From positions 76,587,817-76,651,816 of the forward strand of contig NC_057711.1 in NCBI RefSeq assembly GCF_004010195.1: 64,000 bases of DNA, given 5' to 3'. Origin of the DNA: Chiloscyllium plagiosum (taxonomy: Eukaryota). Made by a program: the position numbers and the translations under genes. Shown piece after piece: positions 13,346 to 25,075 of the stretch (position 1 is the stretch's first letter; the number at the start of each line of letters is the position of its first letter). The notes beneath the pieces are model-generated. The model saw only the letters and a list, made by a program, of their open reading frames with translations, had not been told where the DNA came from and did no database searches.

Positions 13346-13497
13346 CATAGATTTTTTTGTATTTTTATAGTATGGGTTCCAACCAATGCTCATAACCATT
13401 TTATGCACGTCACCATTACCAACACAGGCCCAGCCATAGTAAATACCAGTAGTAATGTCACTTGGTAGGTTGTCTACGACACTGTCTGGGAAGTTAG
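13346..13497 (-). CDS. RFK: Riboflavin kinase, coding exon 2 (152 nt)
   Basis: cag acceptor, (A)NFPDSVVDNLPSDITTGIYYGWACVGNGDVHKMVMSIGWNPYYKNTKKSM, GTAATT donor; phase fits exon 1. Confidence 0.97.
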
Positions 13498-15869
13498 CTG
13501 TGGAATCAGACAAAGGATAGGTAAGATTAAATATGCTTATTACGCATTTTTGAACATTCAGAATTAGTGGAGCATAAATTAGATTGAAGAAGAAAAAACC
13601 TTATCCTTACCAACAGGGTTAAGGTTACACTTAGCAACTAAAATTGTACAAAAAAAAAAATCAGAGGTGGAAACCTCTAGAATAGGATTTTTGTATCACT
13701 TTAAGATATCAGGTAAAATGTCAGAATATAATTAAACAAAACGATCACTTGGCTCACTTCTTATTCCATCAGAAAGTGGACTGGAATCCACATCATTTCC
13801 ACCAGCACTTGAAGGATACAACATTAACTCATTTATCCTATCGAGAACTAAAAAGGTTGAATTACTCAAAAAACCTTTACAAAGGCCATTCTTAAACTGT
13901 CAAACAACATTACCTTATTTCCACTTGTGCTGTGTAATAGTTACATTCATTTTTCATTTGAAGTGCAAAATGGCACTTCATGTCAGCAAGTAGGCAATGC
14001 TTGCATCGTCAACTTTTCAGAAGTGGGCTCATTCTGTATGGGTACAATCTACATAAACAACATTCTAAAGTATCATTACATATCAAATCTGAACGCAAAG
14101 ACATCAGATAATTATCGGAATAGGAAGAATCTGCAGGATCGTGGGGAAAGGGCAGGTAAGTAGCACTCGGTGAAATGTTCCTTTTAAGAGCCAACATAAA
14201 CAAGACGGGCCAGAGCCCTGCTTGTGTTGTAATCATGTTATAATTCTGGACCAGTACTTACCAATAAACAAACAACAATTTAGTAAACCAAATTAGTATT
14301 TTACAAAATTCCACAAACATGGCATCAAATTTAATAAATACCATTAAACTCAACATATTTGAGAACAAATCTCAAAGCTCTTGCACTTCTCTAGAATCTT
14401 AATAAAAGCATCAGGTAATCTCAGAGACACTCAAAATAAAACAAAAGCCTTGAGAGATCAGGAACTGTGCATCAATTTTTCACACTTGCGTGGAATTAGC
14501 CAGCTAAATGAGCTTAACTACTGAGATGGCAGAAGTACTGTTAAGCAAAACATACCGAGTTCAAGAAGGAACACATCAAGACCGGTTAGTAAAGTGGAAA
14601 CAATTTTGGATTTTAGCTGCTAGCTATGAAGCCGAAACCATGTGGGCACATTAGAAAGCAGAACTGTTACAGCAGTTGGTCCCACACTTTGTTGGAAAAT
14701 AGTGGAGGTTGGATTTGTGACTGCCTGTAGCTATTTAAAATAATTCCAAAATTTGTTGAAAGCTGCATAAGACTTGGCAAAAACCAAAACAAAAATTAAA
14801 TGCTGCGAAATCAATACCTTTTGGGATACTTATGAAGAAAATACTAAAATGGTTAGTGCCATTCTTTCAAGTAAACATTCTTATACTGCTGAAAAGAAGT
14901 TAATATGATGAAGCGGATAAATGGTGATGGACATATAGCAGAGTTTCTAAAGTGACATCATCCTCTAGTTTTATAATAGGCAAGTCTTAAATATGCACAC
15001 ACACCAATGAGATGTTTTGAAAATATGAACAAAGCCATGGAGAAACCTACATGGATAATTTTTTTTAGCATCTAAGCTCTTTAGCTTTTCTTTGCAATTC
15101 ATTTTTAATGGAGAATAATTTTTTCTGGATATCTGAAACTAGCATAAATCTTTAAAGTGTCACATCCAAATCTGGGTTATCATTTCTTTAAAATGCAGGA
15201 AAAAGAGAATTGGGATACAGAGGGTGTTTTGGGCGAGAATGTCAGATGAAGGTGCCATGTAATAAACTGAGTTGCTCTTAGCTATGCCACTGAGAAGGTA
15301 GTTGAGTGTAACTGGCTCCAATAAGTCCCAGATCCTGCATAAAGCTCCAAGCAATTCGGAATCAAATGTCCTGGAAGCTGGTAAATGCAGCCAAATGTTG
15401 GGGTTGGATCCCAAGGAGCTGTGGGCCCTTGAAAAAAGCTTATCAGCCATTAAGAGCTTAACAGAGTGTGGAGGTTAAAGAAGCCCATTACACTATTTTC
15501 TTGGTGCAGCAGAACAAGATTAGAATTCGGAATTCCAGCTCAGTCAAGGTGAGCTGGAACAATATCCATGAATAAGAATAGTTTCCAGAATAGGTAGCAC
15601 AGTCCCAAGAAAATATAGGGAACTACCAGGGTGTGAGCAGTTGTTTTAGCAGTCCATTAACGAGTGCCTTTCGAAGCTTTGTTTTCTAAAACAAGGCATG
15701 GATCCTCGTAAAGTTTTAGTAAGATTGATGATCCATCATGTAATTAAAGTCTCAGGGGTATAGCAGGGAAATCAGTGAGATCTGTCTTGATTGCTTTTGC
15801 TATTTGATATGTTCATTGGGAGGACTGGGACCAGGAAACAGTTCACCTCTCTAACCTCAGTTAAAGCAG

Positions 15870-16760
15870 AATGACTGCAAAAGAAGAGCATCAAGTGAAT
15901 ATGATGTGGCAGATTGACATTGGTGCAAAATCATGAGCTTTGCAGACCTGGGAGGTGGCTCAAAATGGTGACCCAAAAATGCAGTAATTGGCCCCTTATT
16001 CTGACAAAGAACAGGACTTCATTTCTTCGACATCACATGGAAGTGATGTAAATATACATTGCCAACAAGCTATTGAGAGTTGCATTCCCAGCAAAGAAAG
16101 TTCAAGATTCTAGTCCAATGAGAGAAATTTGCCAGATTTGGCAAAAAACAACAACAGGATATGCTCTGGAAAAAGACTCAGAAGAGATAATAAATCTAAA
16201 TGGCAAGCATCTTCACAGATCAAGCAAACTCTGCAAAATGCAGCTTTCCAAATTCTGCAGGACGTAGTTAGCCTGAAACCATCATGAACGCAACAATAGA
16301 AGCGCTACAGTAATGAGGTGATTGCTCAAAATGGTATCTCATACAAGGAAACGAGAGCAATTATCTAAGATGATGAGAAAACAAACGTTGATATGCATCC
16401 ATGTATGCCAGAAGGGAATTAAGTCTCATATGAGGAAGGCAAGAAAAGTTCTCTACTCGTCAAACGTCAGTAGCAACATTCAGGAATATGTCAGCCATTG
16501 CAATGCTTGTAATGAATGTCCAAGCTCAGCCAGCTGAAGAGTTGCTCGTGAATCGGTGACCACGAATGAAGCTTGGTGCAGACCGCCTCACTTTTGGAGG
16601 AACTGATTCTCTTGTCACCATCAGCTTGGAGGTAGATTAGCTGATGTCAATGATCATCAATGAACTTGTTGAATGCCTGAAAGAACACTGGTCATTATGG
16701 CATTCCAAACAGACACTGAAAGACTACAAAACTACTTAAATAATCCATTTGACACATCAA
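15870..16760 (+). mobile_element. Ty3/Gypsy pol remnant (protease and integrase zinc-binding region)
   Basis: WQIDIGA (protease DTGA-like) near 15905; IHVCQKGIKSHMRKARKVLYSSNVSSNIQEYVSHCNACNEC resembles the Gypsy integrase HHCC domain; downstream KLGADRLTFGG. Confidence 0.7.
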
Positions 16761-16967
16761 CCAAGCAGAGCAAGGATCTGAACCCGTTCATTCAGGCTCA
16801 GAGATTCTGGTTGATGCTGTAACACCTGCTGGAAATTCTCTCACACTTTAAACAGAAGCCAGTTTATTGTCTGATATTCTTGATTACTTTTATTTTTGCT
16901 GCTTCTTCCGGCCAGCCCTGGAGTTAAAATTGCATGTCACACTGAATCACAAAACCTCTCAGCTGGC

Positions 16968-18262
16968 TTCACGTGTTTAGAAAGGCAAGGATTAATTAAG
17001 GAAAGTCAACGTGGCTCTGAGTGGGAAATCTAATTCACGAACTTGATTGAGGTTTTTTGAAGAAATAACAGAGGATTGATAAGGGCAGAGTGGTGGATGT
17101 AATCTATATTGACTTCAGTAAGGCATTTGACAAGGTTCCTCATGGTAGACTGGTTAGCAAGGTTAAATCACATGGGATACAGGGAGAACTAGCCATTTTA
17201 ATATAGAATTGGCTTGAAGGTAGAAGACAGAGGGTGACAGAGAGTTGTTTTTCGGACTGGAAGCCTGTGACCAGTGGTGTGCCACGAGGACTGGTGCTGT
17301 GTCCACTGCTTTTCATCATTTATATAAATAATTTGGATGTGAACAAAGGAGGTATGGTTAGTAAGTTTGCAGATGACACCAAAATTGGAACTGTAGTGGA
17401 CAACAAGAAGAGTACGAGAAGTGATCTTGAATAGATGGGCCAATGGGATGAGGAGTGGCAGATGGAGTTTAATTTTGATTAAGGTGAGGTGCTGTATTTT
17501 GGAAAGGCAACTCAGGGCTGGGCTTACACACTTAATGGTAAGTTCCTGGGGAGTGTTGCTGAACAAAGAACTTGGAGTGCAGGTTCATAGTTCCTTGAAA
17601 GTGGAGTCGCAGGTAGACAGGATAGTGAAGGTAGTGCTTGGTATGTTTATTGGTCAGTGCATTGAGTATAGGAGTTAGAAACACATGTTGTGGCTGTACA
17701 GGATACTGGCTGGGAAACTTTTGGAATATTGCGTGCAATTCTGATCTTCCTATTGGAAAGATGTTGTGAAATTTGAAAGGGTTCAGAAGAGATTTAAAAA
17801 GGATGTTGCCAGGGTTGGAGGATTTGAGCTAAAGGGAGAGGCTGAACAGATGGGGCCGTTTTCCCTGGAGTGTCGGAGGCTGAGGGGTGAACTTCTAGAG
17901 GTTTACAAAATTATGAGGGGCATGGATAGGATAAATAGACAAAGTGTTTTCCCTGGGGACGGGGAGTCCAGAACTAAAGGGCATAGGTTTAGGGTGAGAG
18001 GGGAAAGATGTAAAAGAGACCCAAGGAGCAACTTTTTCATACAGACGGTGGTACGTGTATGGAGTGAGCTGCCCAGAGGATGTGGTGGAGGCTAGTACAA
18101 TTCCAACATTTAAAAGGCATCTAGATGGGTATATGAACAGGAAGGGTTTGGAGGGATATGGGCCAGGTGCTGGTAGGTGGGACTAAATTGGGTTGGGATA
18201 TCTGGTCGGCATGGACAGGTTGAACCGAAGGGTCTGTTTCCTTGCTGTACATCGCTATGACT
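16968..18262 (+). mobile_element. CR1 (HER1-like) LINE 3' half
   Basis: RT motifs DFSKAFDKV, VTSGVPRGLVL, SKFADDTK; RRLRGELLEVYKIM; tail. Confidence 0.92.
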
Positions 18263-18274
18263 AAGTCCACTTAG

Positions 18275-19125
18275 GATTTTCCATTCATTCACAGGGTGAA
18301 TGTGTTGCTGGCTAAGCCAGTATTTATCTTCTATCCCTAACTGTCCAAGGTGATGCTCTGAGCTTCCTCCTTGAACTGATACAGTCTTTGTGGCTTGGGT
18401 ACACCCAGTGCTGTTAAGGAGGGATTTAACCCACAGCAAAAGTAATAAACAGAACGATGTAGGGCTTGCAACGGAACATGAAGGTGATGATGTTATCATT
18501 TACATGTTGCTTTTGTCATTCTTGGATGTAAAGATCATGACACACTATTGCCATCATGTGGAGATAGAAAGAGGGAATATTCAAAGTCTTAAATGAGTTG
18601 ACAATTGTAATGGGAATTAAATATAAATTTCACAAAAAGGGGTTACAACAGGAGTCCCCACAGTCTGTACCAATCTTGGAAGCAGACTAGAGAGTTTTAA
18701 ACAGATTCCCAGAGATAGGATAAGAGAAAGACTTCGGGCAAAAGATTTGCTTATAGTAAGTAAACAGTGTATGCATATAAAGGTTGATGACTTGCTGCAT
18801 TGGACAGATGTAGGACAGGATCAGGACAAAATATCAGATGGAATTTTGTTCAATCAGTCTAAGACTGAGGTTATTTCAATGAACAAAGTTAACCTGCAAA
18901 CTCAAGTTGTCCTGTGGTCTATGCAAGGAGAATTTATGTGGCAGAAATGTTACTTGCCACTTATCAGCCCAAGACTGAATGTTGTTCAGGCCTTTTACAT
19001 ATAGTCACAAGCTGCTTCAGTATCAGAGGGATTGTGTTGAATATTGTGCAATCAGTGAACATGTCTATTTCTGACCTTATCAAGAGAAGGTCATTTATGA
19101 GACAGCTGAGTATGCTTGGACTGAG
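18275..19125 (-). mobile_element. Older L2/CR1-group LINE fragments
   Basis: Similar to 37760-39150, 44240-44670 and the reverse of 58170-59320 (3' end CCCAGTGAATGAATG; KWQVT-like segment). Confidence 0.55.
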
Positions 19126-19236
19126 TGATAGTGTAATAATACTTTCAATCTCATCATACCAATTGAATGTGAACAGTTATACAAGTACAACTTGAGAAGC
19201 TGCCCCTTCACTGTATACAGATTAAGATGTTACGTC

Positions 19237-19993
19237 GAGAGAAAGTGAGGGCTGCAGATGCTGGAGATCAGAGCTGAAAATGTGTTGCTGGAAAAGCGCA
19301 GCAGGTCAGGCAGCATCCAAGGAACAGGAGAATCGACGTTTCGGGCATAAAACCATGGCAACACGACGGTTGGAGGAAGAGTACCTCATCTTCTGCCTGG
19401 GAACCCTCCAACCACAAGGGATGAACTCGGATTTTCTCAGTTTCCTCATTTCCCCTCCCCCCACCTTGTCTCAGTCAAATCCCTCGAACTCAGCACCGCC
19501 TTCCTAATCTTCCTGACCTCTCCGCCCCCACCCCACTCTGGCCTATCACCCTCACCTTGACCTCCCTCCACCTANNNNNNNNNNNNNNNNNNNNNNNNNN
19601 NNNNNNNNNNNNNNNNNNNNNNNNNNNNNNNNNNNNNNNNNNNNNNNNNNNNNNNNNNNNNNNNNNNNNNNNNNNNNNNNNNNNNNNNNNNNNNNNNNNN
19701 NNNNNNNNNNNNNNNNNNNNNNNNNNNNNNNNNNNNNNNNNNNNNNNNNNNNNNNNNNNNNNNNNNNNNNNNNNNNNNNNNNNNNNNNNNNNNNNNNNNN
19801 NNNNNNNNNNNNNNTCCCTCCACCTATCGCATTTCCAAAGCCCCTCCCCCAAGTCCCTCCTCCCTACCTTTTATCTTAGCCTGCTGGCACACTTTCCTCA
19901 TTCCTGAAGAAGGACTTATGCCCGAAACGTTGATTCTCCTGTTCCTTGGATGCTGCCTGACCTGCTGTGCTTTTCCAGCAACACATTTTCAGC
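19237..19993. mobile_element. Fold-back Penelope-like element (family A) with internal N gap
   Basis: Inverted terminal repeats; GIY-YIG C-terminal remnant RRLEEEYLIFCLGTLQPQGMN; perfect 14-bp duplication TAAGATGTTACGTC at 19223-19236 and 19994-20007. Confidence 0.9.
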
Positions 19994-20154
19994 TAAGATG
20001 TTACGTCACCAAACATATAGAGTACACATTAGCTAGAGGTCCATCATTCACCTTCAAGGGTATTGGATTTGCAACAATTTCCACAGCAGTAGCACTCTCC
20101 ACAACAATTCCCTAGGAAGGAACACAGGAATATGGAGAGACAAAAGAACAGCCA

Positions 20155-20865
20155 ATTGGTGAGTGTATTGAGTACAAGAGTTCGGATGTCATGTTGCGAC
20201 TGTACAGGACATAGGCAACTTTTGGAATACTAAGCGGTGTTCAATCCTGGACTCCTTGTTAAAGGAAAGATGTTAAACTTGAAAGGGTCCAGAAAAGATT
20301 TACAAGGATGTTGCCAGAGTTCAGAGGGTTTTTAGTTATAGGGACTCCAAATAGACTGAGGCTACTTTTTTTGGAGCATCAGAGGTGAGAGATGACCTTA
20401 TAGAAGTTTAAAAGATCATAAAGGGGCATGGCTAGCGTGAATAGCCAAGGTATTTTTCTCTGAATAGCAGAATCCACAACTAGAGGGCATAGGTTTAAAG
20501 TGACAGGGCAAGATTCACAAAAGGACCAGAGGGGCAATATTTTCACCAAGGTGGTGTGCTTATGGAATAAGCTGCCGCAGGAAATGGTGCAGTCTGATGG
20601 AAGATTTAAAAGGCAGCCAGATGGGCATACGAATAGGAGAGTTTTTAAGAGGGATCTGGGCCAAATGCTGGCAAACGGGACTGGATTAATTTACGATATC
20701 TGGTCAGCATCAAAGGAGTCGAACAGGAGACTGGAAGAACACAGGAGGTGGAGAAATCAACGTTTTGGGTATAATCCTTCTTCAGGACGAAATGTGGGGT
20801 TAGGGAGAGTTACAGATTTAAAAACAGACCGAAGGGTCGGTTTCCTGCTGTACAAAGTCTATGAG
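20155..20865 (+). mobile_element. CR1 LINE 3' fragment with a small Penelope-like insert (about 20720-20825)
   Basis: KLERVQKRFTRMLP; tail GAAGGGTCGGTTTCC..CTATGAGT. Confidence 0.8.
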
Positions 20866-21193
20866 TCAAAGTCTGCAAACAATGTGTATGTGTCCGAGTA
20901 CAATTGTTTCGCAAATCATCATTTTCTTGAGACCATTAAATTTTGCCTAAACCTTCAATAAAGAATCTAGTAAATCCAGCACATGCAACGCGTTTTGTGT
21001 AATATTAAACTGCTCTGATGCAATCCAGGGAGAGGCTCTGTGAATAGAGAAGGAACACCGAGTGGATTTACAGGAAAGGGTCTCGGCCTGAGGAGCCGCC
21101 ACTCGGTGGGCACTGACCCGGCGAGAATGTACCAGAAAACCGCCTGATCAACGGGAAAACCCGTGCCGGATTCCCCCGTGTGTCTGCCTTTAC

Positions 21194-21275
21194 CTGTGCG
21201 GATCCCCAGCTCCTTGCTGCCTCGGCCGAATCCTCTCACGACCTCCCCGCGGCAGAAATACGGCAAACTCCTCAT
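21194..21275 (-). CDS. RFK: Riboflavin kinase, coding exon 1
   Basis: ATG at 21275; MRSLPYFCRGEVVRGFGRGSKELGIRT matches the vertebrate RFK N-terminus (MRHLPYFCRGQVVRGFGRGSKQLGIPT); phase-1 GT donor at 21193-21192; GC/CpG-rich context. Confidence 0.96.
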
Positions 21276-21520
21276 GGCCGCAGCTCCGCCGCTCTCCGAG
21301 CCAGGCCCACCGACAACAGAACGCTTTATTTAAAACTGATTGATAGAGCCGGCTTCCTGCCTCCCTCCCGATTCACCGCCACTAAAACCCCACAGGATCT
21401 AATCCTCGCTCACAGGAACCGGCGTTTCAAGAAAACCCGTTACGTCAATTTCTTTTTATTTCTGGGAACGCTTCCTTCTCCGCCCTCTTGGAAACTGAGG
21501 CCAACTGGTCCTCCCAGTCC
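21276..21520 (-). promoter_or_regulatory. RFK: RFK 5' UTR / CpG-rich promoter
   Basis: CpG-rich relative to background (about 21060-21530); TTACGTCA CRE/ATF-like site at 21440-21447; GC-box-like CTCCGCCC near 21478; ETS-like GCTTCCTG near 21352. Confidence 0.65.
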
Positions 21521-21835
21521 GGCAGCGCCGCCTGCTGTGTGGAGGAAATAGTATGGCAGCGCCACCTGAGGCCTGGAGGACCTATAGGGCAGCGCCACCT
21601 GATGTCTGGAGAACTAGTATGGCAGCGCCACCTGCTATGTGGAGGATCAGTGTGGCAGTGCCACCTGATGCCTGGAGGACTATTGTGGCAGCGCCACCTG
21701 CAGTGTCACCAGATGCTTGGAGGACCACTGTGGAAATGCGACACCACCTGCTGCCTGGAGGAACAGTGTGGCAGAACTGTCAGCTACCTGGGTGATCAGT
21801 GTGACAGTGCAACCTGCACTCTGGAGGACCAATGT
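21521..21835. repeat. 33-bp tandem minisatellite (about 9 units) with a CTCF-like core GGCAGCGCCACCTG
   Basis: Unit starts at 21521, 21555, 21588, 21621, 21654, 21687, then degenerate units to about 21835; consensus about GGCAGCGCCACCTGNTGYNTGGAGGAYNAGTRT. Confidence 0.9.
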
Positions 21836-21989
21836 CATTGTATTTTTCTGCCCCATTGCTGTCTACTACCAAGTCACTAGTTCTGAAACAAGCCCATTGA
21901 AAAATCTATTTAAACAGTTTCTGTTTTCCTGATTTATGCTTTTATGACTAGTGGTTTTTGGGTTTAAAACAAAACAAACAAGTGTTTGG

Positions 21990-23170
21990 TCAAATAGGGC
22001 AAAGTCAGCATGGTTTCATCAAAGGAAGGTCATGCTTGAAAAATCTGCTAGAATTCTTTGAGGAAGTAACGAGCAGGTTAGACTAGGGAGAGTCAATGGA
22101 TGATAAATACCTGGACTTCCAGAAGGGTACAGCACAGGAGGCTGCTGAGTAAGATAAGGGCCCATGGTATTAGAGGCAAGGTGTTTGCAGATGAGCAGAA
22201 TGGAAATTGAAGGGTCTTTCTCAGAATTGCAGCTGGTGACAAATGATGTTCTGTTAGGGTCAGTGTTGGGACCACAACTTTTCACTTTGTATATCAATGA
22301 TCTAGATGAAGGAACTGAGGGCATTCTAGCTAGAGAGGCTGCAGAAAGATTTAGGAGAGTGGGTAAAGAAATGGCAGATGGAGTACAACTTGGGAAAATG
22401 GTAAGAATACAAGCATGGCCTATTTTCTAAATGGGGAGTAATTTCAGTAGTCTGAAGTGCAAAAAGACTTGGGGGTTCTAGTCCAAGATTATCTCAAGGT
22501 AAACTTGCAGGTTGAGTCAGTAATTAGGAAGGCAAATGCAATGTTTGCATTTGTTTTGAGAGGGCTTAAATATAAAAGCATGGATGTACATCTGAGGCTC
22601 TGTAAGGCTCTGGTCAGGCCTTTTTGAAGTACTATGTGTAGTTTTGGGCCCCATATCTCAGGAAGGACGTACTGGCCCTGGAGCGTGTGCAGAGGAGGTT
22701 CACGAGCATGGTCGCAGGAATGAAAAGCTTAACATATGAGGAATGTTTGAGGGCTCTGATCTATACTCGATAAAGTTTAGAAGGATGAGGAGGTATCTAA
22801 TTGAAAGATGCAGAATACTGAATGGCCTGGACAGAGTGGATGTCAGGAAGATGTTTTCACTGGTAGGAGAGACTAGGACCTGAGGACACAGCATTAGAAT
22901 AAAGGCAAGACCTTTTAGAACGGAAATAAGGAGAAACTTCTTCAGCCGGAGAGTGGTGAATCTATGGAATTCATTGTCACAGAAGGCTGTGGGGGTCAGG
23001 TCACTGAACTTTTTAAACATGGAGATAAATAGATCCTTGATTGTCAAAGGGATCAAGAGTTTTGGGGAGAAAGCGAGAGAATGAGTGAAGAAACTTATCA
23101 GCCCTGAATGAATGGAGGAGCGGACCCGATGGCCTGAATGGCCTAATTTCTGGCCTAATGTCTTATGATT
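21990..23170 (+). mobile_element. CR1 LINE 3' half
   Basis: SQHGFIKGRSCLKNLLEFFEE; GSVLGPQLFTLYINDL; TCTTATG tail. Confidence 0.88.
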
Positions 23171-23738
23171 TTTTTGATGCTGTACATTTTTGGAGACTTG
23201 CTATGTCTGAGTGGGTTTAGATTTCCCTGAGGAATGAAACACTGGTGTTGGAGGCGATCTTGGGGATTTGATCATCTGATATTCTGGTCAGAGAACATCT
23301 ACAAATGTTATTGCATTGCCCTGTCTTTCTAATTCAACAGTAAAAAATTGTAGTTTACAGCATCCAATACTATATTTTACAATATAGTTTTGCTCCATCC
23401 CATGCTGTTTCAAAATTTCAAAGCAAATAAATATAAATGTACAGAACAAAGCTGTGTAAAAGTGTAGGAGTTGGATTTAATCATTGCTTTATAAAAGCAA
23501 CATGAAGACAATTGCTAAACTGTAATGATGACACATGAAACAAGTAATTAAAATTCATAGTACAAATTAGGTTATTACAGATGCTGGAAATTTTAAATTA
23601 GAACATTTCAAATGATTCTAATCTTAAATGGTCATTGGATAGACATATGGATGAAAATGGATGGGCTTCAAATGTAGGTTAGATGAGCTTCAAATTGGTT
23701 TCACAGGTGGACCGAAAGGCATGTGCTGTGCCACAGGT

Positions 23739-24059
23739 GGGTGGCACGGTGGCACAGTGGTTAGCACTGCTGCCTCACAGCGCCTGAGACCCGGGTTCAA
23801 TTCCCGCCTCAGGCGACTGACTGTGTGGAGTTTGCACGTTCTCCCCGTGTCTGCGTGGGTTTCCTCCGGGTGCTCCGGTTTCCTCCCACAGTCCAAAAGA
23901 TGTGCAGGGTCAGGTGAATTGGCCATGCTAAATTGCCTGTAGTGTTAGGTAAGGGGTAAATGTAGGGGTATGGGTGGGTTTCGCTTCGGCGGGTCGGTGT
24001 GGACTTGTTGTGCCGAAGGGCCTGTTTCCACACTGTAATCTAATCTAATCTAATCTAAT
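23739..24059 (+). mobile_element. HE1-type tRNA-derived V-SINE
   Basis: A box TGGCACAGTGG, B box GGTTCAATTCC, V-domain core GTGTGGAGTTTGCACGTTCTCCCCGTGTCTGCGTGGGTTT, CR1-derived tail, (AATCT)n end. Confidence 0.9.
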
Positions 24060-24084
24060 ATTCTAATATTCTACTGTTTTAACA

Positions 24085-24665
24085 ATAAAAAAGATGAAAA
24101 AAATTCAGCAGGTCAGAGAGCATTGTTGGAGAGAAACAGAGTTAATATTTCAGGTCGATATATTTTCATCAGACTAGAAGACAAAAAGGGATGTATGAGT
24201 TTTGAAGGCAATAGAAGGAGAGTGGAGTCAAAAAGAACAAAGAAGAAGGCCTGTCCTGGGTGGAGACCAGGGAAGGTTAAACAAAAGATTTTATGTGCTA
24301 CAGCCAAAAACTTGGCAAGAATATACTGAAGAAGAAAAGATGTCTGAATAAAGCATGAATTGCTACATAAAACTATCTGAATCCAATGCAAAGAGGTAAA
24401 AAAAAACAAGACAAAGACCAAACCAACAAAACAAAGAGGAAGAAGCAAAAGAAACATGGAATAAGATGATGGTAGAGGTTATGATCTAAAGTTGCTGAAC
24501 TTAGTGCTGAGTCCAGAAAGTGTAGATTATTAAAGATAAAATGGAAAATAAAGTGTTAGTCGTCAAGCTTGTATTGACCTTTACAGGAACATTGGAGTAG
24601 GTCATGGGGGCAACTTGGGGAATTTAAAGCTCACCTAACTGGAAACTTAGAGTCATGCTTACAGA
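24085..24665 (-). mobile_element. Penelope-like fragment (family D), degraded
   Basis: TCAGCAGGTCAGAGAGC..GAGAGAAACAGAGTTAATATTTCAGG terminal motif and purine-rich body, as at 535-1310. Confidence 0.55.
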
Positions 24666-24709
24666 CACTTTAAAAAGAGATAGCTAAACAGGTTAAAAAA
24701 ATGTAGAAT

Positions 24710-25075
24710 GATCTATTGAAAAATACAAGATTCTGAGGGGCTTTTAGTGGGGCAGTCTCAAACTAGGTCTCGTGGTTACAGACAAGGAGACACACATTTA
24801 AAACTGAGGAATGAAGAGATTTCTTCTCCAAAAGGATGGTAAATTTCTAGAATTCTCTAGTCCAGAGACTTGTGGAGTCTAGCCCACTGACATTAGATAG
24901 ATTTTTGAAGGTAGATAGATTTTTGAAATATCTGGGTATTGAGGGCTGTGATGACCTGGCCAAAAATTGGAATTGAGGCCTGTGGCAAATTTATCATAAT
25001 AGTTTTGAATAGTGGGGCATGCATGAGGTACCAAATGACTTACTCCTTCTCCTGTGACTTGTGTTGTTATGTTTC
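24710..25075 (+). mobile_element. CR1 LINE 3' fragment, degraded
   Basis: DLLKKYKILRG-like remnant and CR1 3' UTR motifs. Confidence 0.6.

Noticed and set aside
15420-15780. Possible LINE ORF1 relic in RFK intron 1
   Set aside because: Only vague similarity (ELEQY..IRI); too degraded to call
19575-19813. Long X-containing ORFs at N gaps (also 33564-33757 and 41823-41945)
   Set aside because: Assembly gaps inside young repeats; the ORFs are artefacts
20967-21193. ORF-track extension of RFK exon 1 (GKGRHTGESG...)
   Set aside because: Read-through into intron 1 past the GT donor at 21193
21180-21551. 123-aa plus-strand ORF over the RFK promoter
   Set aside because: Antisense frame in GC-rich sequence with no recognisable homology
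21488-21932. Repetitive ORFs (WQRHL.. / MAAPP..WRT) and a CRISPR-like repeat-spacer look
   Set aside because: The 33-bp unit is a multiple of 3, so several frames stay open; the spacers are homologous to each other, there are no cas genes and the context is eukaryotic
23739-23815. tRNA-like A/B boxes (also 57504 and 58238) as tRNA genes
   Set aside because: They are heads of V-SINEs, followed by the V-domain and a CR1-derived tail
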